Origin: Lachnospiraceae bacterium
GTDB taxonomy: Bacteria > Bacillota > Clostridia > Lachnospirales > Lachnospiraceae
DNA length: 64,000 nucleotides
NCBI GenBank assembly: GCA_017434885.1
Contig: JAFSGE010000031.1
Span: forward strand, 52,968-116,967
Reading direction: 5' to 3'
The notes below the pieces were generated by a model. That model ran no database searches. It had not been told where the DNA came from and was given only the letters and a program-made list of their open reading frames with translations. Below, piece by piece: positions 1 to 7,647 of this stretch. The position numbers and the translations under genes are program-made. Numbering within the stretch: the stretch's first letter is position 1; every line of letters begins with the position of its first letter.

Positions 1-68
1 GGAAATTTGAATTTTCTGTTGTCTTAAAGGCGGATATTTTATTCCGTCTTTTTCTATTGACAAAAGAT

Positions 69-106
69 AGGTAATGTGTTACCTTAAATAAAGTAATATA
101 TTACCT
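69..106. promoter_or_regulatory. Two related palindromic boxes (candidate MarR operators) upstream of the MarR gene
   Basis: 'aggtaaTGTGttacct' (69-84) and 'aagtaaTATAttacct' (91-106) share 6-bp inverted half-sites and lie 22 nt centre to centre, just 5' of the RBS 'ggagga' and the ATG at 120. Confidence 0.45.
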
Positions 107-119
107 ATCGGAGGACGTA

Positions 120-590
120 ATGAATTTAAAGGAAGTAATTAGAAGTGATAAAGTGAATTTTACAGGCATTGAATCATCCTATTTTCTGTTGGGATTGCTA
201 AGTGCCTTTGAGAACAGATTTCAGGCAATGGCGGACAGTACTATGAAAGAAATTAGTTGGAAACAGTTTTTTGCAATCATATGTATCAACTTGTGCAAAA
301 CGCCTCCTACAGTTAAGGAGTTAGCGGAAATCATGGGTAGCTCTCATCAGAATGTGAAACAAATACTGTTGAAACTGGAGAAGAAGGGGTTTGTAATTAT
401 TTCTGTGGATGAACAGGATAAGAGGAAGCAACGGATTGAACTTACGCCATATTGCCAAGAGTTTTGTGAGAAAAACGATGAAATGAGTATGACGCTTTTG
501 AAGAGAATGTTTGAAGGAGTGTCTGAGGAGCAGTTACAGACTACTATACAGACCATTGTGCAGATTGAGGATAATTTAAAATTGATTTAA
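120..590 (+). CDS. MarR-family winged-helix transcriptional regulator
   Basis: 156-aa ORF. The segment 'LAEIMGSSHQNVKQILLKLEKKGFVIISVDEQDKRKQRIELT' is typical of a MarR wHTH plus wing. A GGAGGA RBS lies upstream. Confidence 0.8.
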   Translation: MNLKEVIRSDKVNFTGIESSYFLLGLLSAFENRFQAMADSTMKEISWKQFFAIICINLCKTPPTVKELAEIMGSSHQNVKQILLKLEKKGFVIISVDEQDKRKQRIELTPYCQEFCEKNDEMSMTLLKRMFEGVSEEQLQTTIQTIVQIEDNLKLI

Positions 591-602
591 GGAGAAGAAG
601 AG

Positions 603-1145
603 ATGAAGGCTTTGATAATTTATAAAAGTAAAACAGGGTTTACAAAATGGTATGCAGAATTCATTGCTAAAGAAGTAGATGGCAATCTGATGGACTTTAA
701 GGAAGTTACAGCTGAAATAATGTCTGGATATGATGTGGTTGTTTATGGTGGCGGGTTGTATGCAGGAATGATAAATGGATATAAAAAAGCGAAAGAGATG
801 TTTGAAAAGAGTTCAGCGAACAGGTTTATTCTGTTTGCAACAGGTGGAACGCCTAATGAAGCCACAAAGGAGATTGAGGAGGTTTGGAAGAACAATCTGT
901 CAGCAGAAGAATTGCAAGCTATCCCTCATTTTTATATGCAAGGTGGAATCTGTTATGAAAAAATGTCATTTTCGAATAGGACAATTATGAAAATGATGTC
1001 TAAAGTGCTGGATAAAAAGAAGGATAAGGACAGCACAGAAGAAGGTTTTGCACAGGCAATAAAAAGTTCCTATGATATTACTTCCAGTGAATATGCAAAA
1101 CCACTTATTAAGTGTTTATTAGAAGGTATACAGCACAGGCATTAG
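603..1145 (+). CDS. Flavodoxin-domain protein
   Basis: 180 aa. The N-terminus 'MKALIIYKSKTGFTKWYAEFIA' and 'VVVYGGGLYAG' match the flavodoxin-like FMN-binding fold. An RBS 'aggaga' lies upstream and the gene is 12 nt after the MarR stop. Confidence 0.75.
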   Translation: MKALIIYKSKTGFTKWYAEFIAKEVDGNLMDFKEVTAEIMSGYDVVVYGGGLYAGMINGYKKAKEMFEKSSANRFILFATGGTPNEATKEIEEVWKNNLSAEELQAIPHFYMQGGICYEKMSFSNRTIMKMMSKVLDKKKDKDSTEEGFAQAIKSSYDITSSEYAKPLIKCLLEGIQHRH

Positions 1146-1258
1146 AAGAGTTGATTATTACATTGAAGAAGAAAGGATATACCTTTGTGCCGGTGTCGGA
1201 GCTGATTTATAAAGAAGGGTATCATATGAACCATGAAGGGCGACAGGTCAGAAATTAA
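1145..1258 (+). pseudogene. C-terminal remnant of a polysaccharide deacetylase-like gene
   Basis: A start-less open frame 'EELIITLKKKGYTFVPVSELIYKEGYHMNHEGRQVRN*' resembles the conserved C-terminal tail of PdaA/PdaB-type deacetylases. It abuts the flavodoxin stop and has no catalytic domain upstream. Confidence 0.4.
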
Positions 1259-1401
1259 AATATTTGGAAAAAAGTGTATACTTACGATTTGCCGTGATGT
1301 AAGTTTTAAAGGTATTAGCTTTGAAAAACTGCGTGAGAACGGCGATGTGGAAATTGCATGGAAAATATAAATATGTAATAATTTTATAATTTATTAAAAC
1401 G

Positions 1402-1443
1402 AAAACTTTAATTTTAATTGATATGGATTAAAATTAAAGTTTT
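1402..1443. repeat. Perfect 17-bp AT-rich inverted repeat (hairpin) in a ~460-nt noncoding AT-rich tract
   Basis: 'aaaactttaattttaat' (1402-1418) pairs with 'attaaaattaaagtttt' (1427-1443) around an 8-nt loop. A T-rich tail follows, so it may act as a weak terminator. Confidence 0.4.
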
Positions 1444-1777
1444 TGTAATTTTCGGGAACTTTTCTTTTGGGAGAAAAATATTGTTTTTACGGGAAGAAAT
1501 AGAGTTTTGTGAAAAAAGAAAATGTGGGTATGGTTTGAAGAGAGAGCATTTAATTATTTTGAATTAAAATATAAATTTGAGGATTTAATAATATTACGGA
1601 CTTTTGGGGCAGATTGTGGTAATATTTAGTTTGTAGAGTTTAAGGAACTTTGAATTATCTGGATATTATAGGTGACTAGACAGATGTGTCTATCCAATAA
1701 ATACGACGTTTTCTCGCTTTGTGTCGTGTTATTGGTGGCTGTCAGATCGTATTCTGCAGATGAAAGGAGGCGCTGTA

Positions 1778-2926
1778 ATGGACCAGAAAAAAATAGGTTT
1801 ATTTCTAAAAGGGTTAAGAAAAGAAAAAGGCATTACACAAGAAGCATTTGCAGAAATATTAAATATATCAGGAAGAACAGTTTCACGTTGGGAGACGGGA
1901 AATAATTTACCAGATATTTCATTGCTTGTATCAATTGCTGATTTCTATGAGGTTGATGTAAGAGAAATTATTGAAGGAGAAAGAAAAAGCGAGATGAATG
2001 AAGAGATTAAAGATGTAGCCAACAAGATGGCAGATTATGCAGGAAACGAAAAAAGTAAGGTGATGAAATATATTCAAGCTATTGGATTTGTAGGGGTTTT
2101 TATAATGACAGTAGCAATTATTTTTCAATGCATATCATATGATGCAACATTTTTTCATAAGGGTGCGTTGCTTACGTCTTGTGTATCTTTGATTATTATG
2201 GTAATTATCACGCTGCATGTGATTGGTGTGCTTGAAAGAATTAGTAGAAAAAAAGGATTATTAGTAATAATAAAAGTCGCAACGATTATTCTAACGGTGA
2301 TTAGCTTGTTTTTTGTTGCTAAAGTAATATTGGTGTTTGGGATAGGCGTTGTTGATTATGCACTTCCGTTTAGAACAATGCAAGGAATTGAGAATTACGA
2401 TAAAGCAAATATGCAGGAAAAATACGGAATGGATATGAATTCAGGATTTTTGATTTTTCCGGAAACAGTTGATAATACGATTTCAGTAAAATACGAGTCT
2501 AAATTGAAAACAGGTTTCTTTGATTCGGATGGTTTTTTTATTCTCGAAGCAAGGTATAATGAAGCGGATTTTGAAAAAGAAATAAGAAGGCTAGCTGACA
2601 TCACCTGTGAAATTGCATACGCCGGAACATCCGTCACAAATCAAATTGAATATGATGAAGAGATGTATATGTATCCGGCATATATTGCAAGCGATGGATA
2701 TGATTATGTTTATGAGTATGCACTGATTGATAAAGAGAATTATAGAATTGTTTATGTGAATTTAAGCTATCCTGTATATAATAAATTGCAAAAATATAAG
2801 GATTTTCTTAAAAGAAATGCAGACGAGTATGACCTCGATAATAGTACTGTGCTTGAAAACTTTACAATATATGCACACAAGTTTCCGGAATTAGATGGAT
2901 GGATAGAGTACGCAGATATGAACTAG
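1778..2926 (+). CDS. Membrane-anchored XRE-family HTH protein with C-terminal extracytoplasmic domain
   Basis: The start is moved to the ATG at 1778 (RBS 'aaaggagg' 7 nt upstream). The HTH_3 motif is 'LKGLRKEKGITQEAFAEILNISGRTVSRWETGNNLPD'. It is followed by about four hydrophobic helices and a ~190-aa unassigned C-terminal domain. Confidence 0.75.
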   Translation: MDQKKIGLFLKGLRKEKGITQEAFAEILNISGRTVSRWETGNNLPDISLLVSIADFYEVDVREIIEGERKSEMNEEIKDVANKMADYAGNEKSKVMKYIQAIGFVGVFIMTVAIIFQCISYDATFFHKGALLTSCVSLIIMVIITLHVIGVLERISRKKGLLVIIKVATIILTVISLFFVAKVILVFGIGVVDYALPFRTMQGIENYDKANMQEKYGMDMNSGFLIFPETVDNTISVKYESKLKTGFFDSDGFFILEARYNEADFEKEIRRLADITCEIAYAGTSVTNQIEYDEEMYMYPAYIASDGYDYVYEYALIDKENYRIVYVNLSYPVYNKLQKYKDFLKRNADEYDLDNSTVLENFTIYAHKFPELDGWIEYADMN

Positions 2927-3066
2927 TAAATACACATAAAAAAATCAGTTTAGTGAAGAACTAATATCTAAATTTGTGGCATGATAATTTGGATGGGTTT
3001 TCTATTAAGTATAGCGACAAGGAAAAATCTTACTAGATTAATTTTCGACGTTATGGAGGGTTAGCA

Positions 3067-4587
3067 ATGGTATATGAATACATAGTGGTAGCACTTGCGG
3101 CTGCGCTTGCCGGTATCGGTACCGGACTGGTAGGATTGAGCGCGGCAACAGCAATGGTTCCTCTTTTGATAGTACTGTGTCCGACTTTCGGTGGCGAACA
3201 CGGAGCATATATGGCAACGGCGATTGCTCTTGCCAGTGATATACTCGGTTCGGCTGTTACAACCGGTGTTTATGCAAAAAACAAAAAAATAGATTTAAAG
3301 CATGGATGGTTGATTGCGACCTGCATTATAGGAATGTGTACGGTTGGTTCTGTTGCTGCATACTTTACGCATCAATCGGTGCTTGGAGGCTTTTCACTAT
3401 TTCTTTGTGTTGCCATCGGTATCCGCTTTTTGGTCAGTCCTGATTCAAAGGAACGTCCTGAAAAAGATGGTAAGGTAAAGCTGACATTTAAAGAAATTGC
3501 AGTATCTTTGTTTTTCGGTCTCACTATTGGTTTTGGTACCGGATTCTTTGGTTCGGGCGGCGGTATGATGATGCTTATTGTGTTTACCGCTATGCTTGGT
3601 TACGAACGAAAAACAGCAGTAGGAACTTCCACCTTTATTATGACCTTCACGGCACTGATTGCTTCAGTCAGTCATATTCTTATTGAACCGACCATTATAT
3701 TTGAATGTTGGGACTTCCTGCTTCTTGCAATAGCTGTTGCTACAGTATTTTCTCTTGTCAGTGCAAAGTTTGCCAATAAAGTCAAGGGAAGAGTTGTAGG
3801 ATATACGACAGGTGTGATTCTTCTCCTGCTGGGTCTTTCTATGATTACGATTAATAACCTTGATAAAATCAGTATTCCTTACCTTATGGAATATTTAAAG
3901 GTACTTAGTATTTATTTAGGATACATTGTTGTACTTGCAACCGTCTTGATTGCAGTCCGTTTTACAACCAGGGTCAAGGACCATATATTCAGAAAATTGC
4001 TGCACTTTGTTGCATTTACTTCAATTATTCCGCTTGTGATGTCGACTGACATTTGGTGGATTTCTGTGGCGGTAGAGGTGTTGTTTCTGATTCTTGTCAT
4101 AATTGGTCTGCATTTCTTCGAAAAATTTTCTTTTTACAAAGGCTTATTCGTAGAAAAAGCAAAACATGAAGTTATCTTAAGTTTTGTATCGCTATTCGGA
4201 CTTATGACAGTGTTGCTTATCATCTTTTGGGGTATCTTTGGGCGAGAACATTTATTTATAGCCGTTGGTGCTATTATGGCTTGGGGACCGGGTGATGCTG
4301 TTGCAGCTATTGTTGGAAAAGAATACGGCAAGCATAAGTTACAAGGGAGATTTATCGAAGGGACAAAGTCGATGGAAGGCAGCATTGGTATGGCAATCAC
4401 GGCATTTGTGTGTTTGCTGTCTGTATTGTTTACAATGTCTGAATTTCCCACGCACGTAGCTGTTATTGTGTCCCTTGTGATTGCACCGATTGCATCCATA
4501 ACAGAACTTTACACCAAAGGTGGATGGGATACGGTTACAGTTCCGGCAGTTTCGGCATTGCTATTATCTGTTACACTGATTTGGTAG
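3067..4587 (+). CDS. Fusion of a TauE/SafE-type anion exporter and a CTP-dependent polyprenol/phytol (dolichol) kinase-like domain
   Basis: The N-terminal ~260 aa is a glycine-rich multi-TM region ('GFGTGFFGSGGGMMMLIVF', 'KTAVGTSTF'), as in TauE/SafE. The C-terminal ~200 aa carries 'FRKLLHF', 'AWGPGDAVAAIVGKEYGKHKL', 'GTKSMEGSIGM' and 'ELYTKGGWDTVTVP', as in the CdsA/DolK/VTE5 superfamily. Confidence 0.65.
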   Translation: MVYEYIVVALAAALAGIGTGLVGLSAATAMVPLLIVLCPTFGGEHGAYMATAIALASDILGSAVTTGVYAKNKKIDLKHGWLIATCIIGMCTVGSVAAYFTHQSVLGGFSLFLCVAIGIRFLVSPDSKERPEKDGKVKLTFKEIAVSLFFGLTIGFGTGFFGSGGGMMMLIVFTAMLGYERKTAVGTSTFIMTFTALIASVSHILIEPTIIFECWDFLLLAIAVATVFSLVSAKFANKVKGRVVGYTTGVILLLLGLSMITINNLDKISIPYLMEYLKVLSIYLGYIVVLATVLIAVRFTTRVKDHIFRKLLHFVAFTSIIPLVMSTDIWWISVAVEVLFLILVIIGLHFFEKFSFYKGLFVEKAKHEVILSFVSLFGLMTVLLIIFWGIFGREHLFIAVGAIMAWGPGDAVAAIVGKEYGKHKLQGRFIEGTKSMEGSIGMAITAFVCLLSVLFTMSEFPTHVAVIVSLVIAPIASITELYTKGGWDTVTVPAVSALLLSVTLIW

Positions 4588-4628
4588 TAACTAAAATGCA
4601 ACTTTCAGTATGAAAAGGTAGAAAAACA

Positions 4629-5501
4629 ATGTATATCAGAAAATCAACAGAAAAAAAGACGGCAGAAGGACACTTATATCATGTAAATTATGATAAAGAA
4701 ATTGTATTGAAAGAATTGAATAATTTTGTTAATAATATTTTTTTACTGCCGGAAATTGATTGCGTAAAAATAAGAGATGTAATCATAAAAAGAGACGCGG
4801 AAAAAGCAGCTAAGTTACAGGAAGCAGTGATGAAAAGCTTTCACGATTGCTATAGTGATGTGGATATGTCTGTGGTAGTAAAAATCTCTACCGAGGATAG
4901 CACAACTCCCGTAGAGTATATGAGGAACATAGAACGATTCGGTATCAATACAGAGTCATGTTTGGGATTCTGTTTTGTTGAAGAAAATAATATGTATCGT
5001 ATTATTTTCAAAAACGGAATGAGATATGATTTCGGATTTGAATTCAAATATGACGATAGTGTAGAAATGATTATGTTACAAGCAAAAGAAAATGAATATA
5101 ATAATCCTAATTGGCCGATGGAAAAAATAAACCGATTTTGGTTTGTTCAAATTCAGGCATTGGGAAAACTTTATAGAAAAGATTTTTTAATAAGTAATCA
5201 TCTTGCAAACATGAATTTAAATGAGACTCTGGTACAGCAAATGGTATTAAGAGATATAGAGCATGGGACAAATCATCACAGATACGGGTATGAGGAAGAA
5301 ATAGAATATATGAGAAATAAGGGGAAGTGTCCGATAAAAACAGGAGATACGCATTTTGAATTGATTGCAGATAAAATATATTGTGCCGCTTTAACTTATG
5401 ATGAATTGACATTATTATTTTATCCTATGTACCAAAAGAGATGCACAGACTTTATGGAAATATGGAAATGTTATGAGCAGGGTAGAATAGCCTCCTGTTA
5501 G
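4629..5501 (+). CDS. Hypothetical protein, distantly ANT(6)/AadK-like in its C-terminal half
   Basis: 290 aa. 'RFWFVQIQALGKLYRKDFLISNHLANMNLNETLVQQMVLRD' resembles the helical domain of streptomycin 6-adenylyltransferases. The N-terminal GS...DxD nucleotidyltransferase motif is only partly kept ('YSDVDMSVVV'). Confidence 0.45.
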   Translation: MYIRKSTEKKTAEGHLYHVNYDKEIVLKELNNFVNNIFLLPEIDCVKIRDVIIKRDAEKAAKLQEAVMKSFHDCYSDVDMSVVVKISTEDSTTPVEYMRNIERFGINTESCLGFCFVEENNMYRIIFKNGMRYDFGFEFKYDDSVEMIMLQAKENEYNNPNWPMEKINRFWFVQIQALGKLYRKDFLISNHLANMNLNETLVQQMVLRDIEHGTNHHRYGYEEEIEYMRNKGKCPIKTGDTHFELIADKIYCAALTYDELTLLFYPMYQKRCTDFMEIWKCYEQGRIASC

Positions 5502-5653
5502 AGCGTTTGCAGAAAATGTAAAAACAATATATGGATGCTTACAATGACAAAAATTCCACGTTCCGTTGATTCGCAATAGCTAATCAGATGGTGTACTGTG
5601 CGGAAAGAATCTGTTACGATAAATGTACGGTACCGAATCAATAATTGAGGTGA

Positions 5654-6733
5654 TTGGCTATGACAATAGGACAGAGAATTAAAGCGTGCAGAAAAGAGAG
5701 AGGACTGACGCAGGGACAATTGGCGGAATTAATCGGTGTGTCGACGCAGGCGGTTTCGAAGTGGGAAACAGATGCGGGGATGCCTGATATTTCCCAGATA
5801 GTTCCCTTGGCAAAAGTACTGGAAGTTTCAACGGATAAGCTACTTGGACATACAGATGAAGAGTATGAAAGGGAATTGCAGGAAATCAAAAATTTTCATA
5901 GAGGAATTAATTTCATCAGTGATATAGAGAAAGCAAAGAAGCTGTATGAAATGTCATTAAAGTTTTTTGACAGATATCCGGATGAACCTGAAATTGCTCT
6001 TAAGTGTCTGGAGAGTTATATTGAGTTGTTCGCTCAAAAAGAACTGGACGTATCAGAAAAATTATTTATGGAGGAATGTGAACGATACAGTAACAGCATT
6101 TTTCGATATGAAAATAATTCAGATAATGTGTGCAAGACATATTATTTACTGGCAAGGGCATATGGCTTGTGTGGAGAAGCAAACAAGGCAGAGAATGTTA
6201 TGAAAAACTTGCCTTATATTTACGGTGACCGGGAATATTGGGAAGCAGAAATAGCATATGCAGACGGGAACTACGATATCGCCCTTGAGAAAATAAAAAG
6301 AAGCTTTGCTCTAAAGGCTCGATTTGTGGCAAGAAGCATAAGACTGGCGGTACGAATTACAAAAGCGCAGAATAAAAGCGATGCAGATGAAAAATGCATT
6401 GCACTTAATGAGTATATGCTGCGTCTTTTAAATGCTTTTTTGTCGGGAGGTGATTACCTTCCTCACCGACAGATATTTCAAAAGACGTCCTTATTATTGG
6501 GACTGGTTGTGGAACATGCAAAGCAAGGACATAAAGAAGAGGCGCTGAAATATGCACAGGAGCTGAAGGCAACCCGTAATGAATATGTTGCGTTTCTTGA
6601 TAATCCGGAAAATAAAGAGTGTCTGATGTTTGTTCCGGGTGATTCGGACGGTGACCTTTGGGATACTGAGCGTGATGATATTCGTCAGCGTGTGGAAATT
6701 GCAGAGAAAATAGTACACAAATTAAATGAATAA
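5654..6733 (+). CDS. XRE-family HTH regulator with TPR-like helical-repeat C-terminal domain (RNPP-like architecture)
   Basis: The HTH is 'IKACRKERGLTQGQLAELIGVSTQAVSKWETDAGMPD'. A ~290-aa all-helical repeat region follows. A strong terminator lies downstream. Confidence 0.75.
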   Translation: MAMTIGQRIKACRKERGLTQGQLAELIGVSTQAVSKWETDAGMPDISQIVPLAKVLEVSTDKLLGHTDEEYERELQEIKNFHRGINFISDIEKAKKLYEMSLKFFDRYPDEPEIALKCLESYIELFAQKELDVSEKLFMEECERYSNSIFRYENNSDNVCKTYYLLARAYGLCGEANKAENVMKNLPYIYGDREYWEAEIAYADGNYDIALEKIKRSFALKARFVARSIRLAVRITKAQNKSDADEKCIALNEYMLRLLNAFLSGGDYLPHRQIFQKTSLLLGLVVEHAKQGHKEEALKYAQELKATRNEYVAFLDNPENKECLMFVPGDSDGDLWDTERDDIRQRVEIAEKIVHKLNE

Positions 6734-6762
6734 AAAACAGAAATAATGCCCATACAGTCTGG

Positions 6763-6793
6763 AGCAACCGCTATAATGAGCGGTTGCTTTTTT
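6763..6793 (+). terminator. Rho-independent terminator
   Basis: A 10-bp stem 'agcaaccgct'/'agcggttgct' with a 6-nt loop is followed by a T6 run. Confidence 0.8.
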
Positions 6794-6881
6794 GCAATGT
6801 AAAAAACAGAGTATTTTGAGTGAACATTATGTGAAAAGATGGTATAATTGATATAAATTATGATTGGGAGGAGTACCGGAA

Positions 6882-7640
6882 ATGAGAAAAAACATAGTGT
6901 TTATTGGAGAAGACAATAAAATTAACAATGAACTGTATCAGTTACTAAACTGGAGATTTAAAGTTACCAGTTATTTGGGAAAAGACATTGCGTCTGGTGA
7001 AATAAGTGTTTTGGATTCCATGTTGGTGGTAGTGAGCATGGTGGGAGAAAATGTTGATTATACGGAATTGTTTGAGGGACTTATGGAAAACGGTACTATT
7101 CTGCCGGTAGTAACCATAAGTACAAAAACTGAAAGCACGGCATATGAAAAATATTATGAAACAAAGCAGTTTCACAGAATATTGCGTCCTGTTACAGGCA
7201 GAAGAATTTTGGAAGTATGTCTGGCTGTCATTAACGGAACTGATTATGGGACATATGAGGATTTTGGAGAAAGAGAAAAACAACATATTTTGATTGTAGA
7301 TGATAATGCCATGGTATTGCGTAATATCAAGAGTGTTCTTGAACATGATTACTCAGTGGCAGTAGCACCCTCCGGCGTGCATGCCTTTATTTCTATAGGC
7401 AAAAAGATGCCGGATTTGATTTTGCTTGATTATGAGATGCCGGAGATGAATGGAAAGCAGGTGTTGGAAAAACTGCAGGGGCAGGAAGAATATGCAGATA
7501 TTCCGGTTGTTTTTTTGACAAGTATGGATTCACGTGAAATAGTAATGGAACTTTTGGCATTGCAACCGGCTGGTTATATTTTAAAGCCGGTAGAGGCACA
7601 GGTGCTTTTAGACAGAGTAGAAGATATTATCGGAAAGTAG
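6882..7640 (+). CDS. Stand-alone response regulator: N-terminal pseudo-receiver plus C-terminal receiver, no output domain
   Basis: The start is moved to the ATG at 6882 (RBS 'gggagg'). The C-terminal REC has 'ILIVDDNAMVLR', 'LILLDYEMPEMNG' and 'FLTS...KP'. The N-terminal half looks receiver-like but has no acidic phospho-acceptor ('VVVSM'). Confidence 0.8.
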   Translation: MRKNIVFIGEDNKINNELYQLLNWRFKVTSYLGKDIASGEISVLDSMLVVVSMVGENVDYTELFEGLMENGTILPVVTISTKTESTAYEKYYETKQFHRILRPVTGRRILEVCLAVINGTDYGTYEDFGEREKQHILIVDDNAMVLRNIKSVLEHDYSVAVAPSGVHAFISIGKKMPDLILLDYEMPEMNGKQVLEKLQGQEEYADIPVVFLTSMDSREIVMELLALQPAGYILKPVEAQVLLDRVEDIIGK

Positions 7641-7647
7641 TGATTAC

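Noticed and set aside
6746-6802. 18-codon ORF 'MPIQSGATAIMSGCFFAM' just after the XRE-TPR regulator, considered as a candidate signalling pro-peptide
   Set aside because: It has no RBS, and the ORF is essentially the two arms and T-run of the terminator hairpin at 6763-6793.
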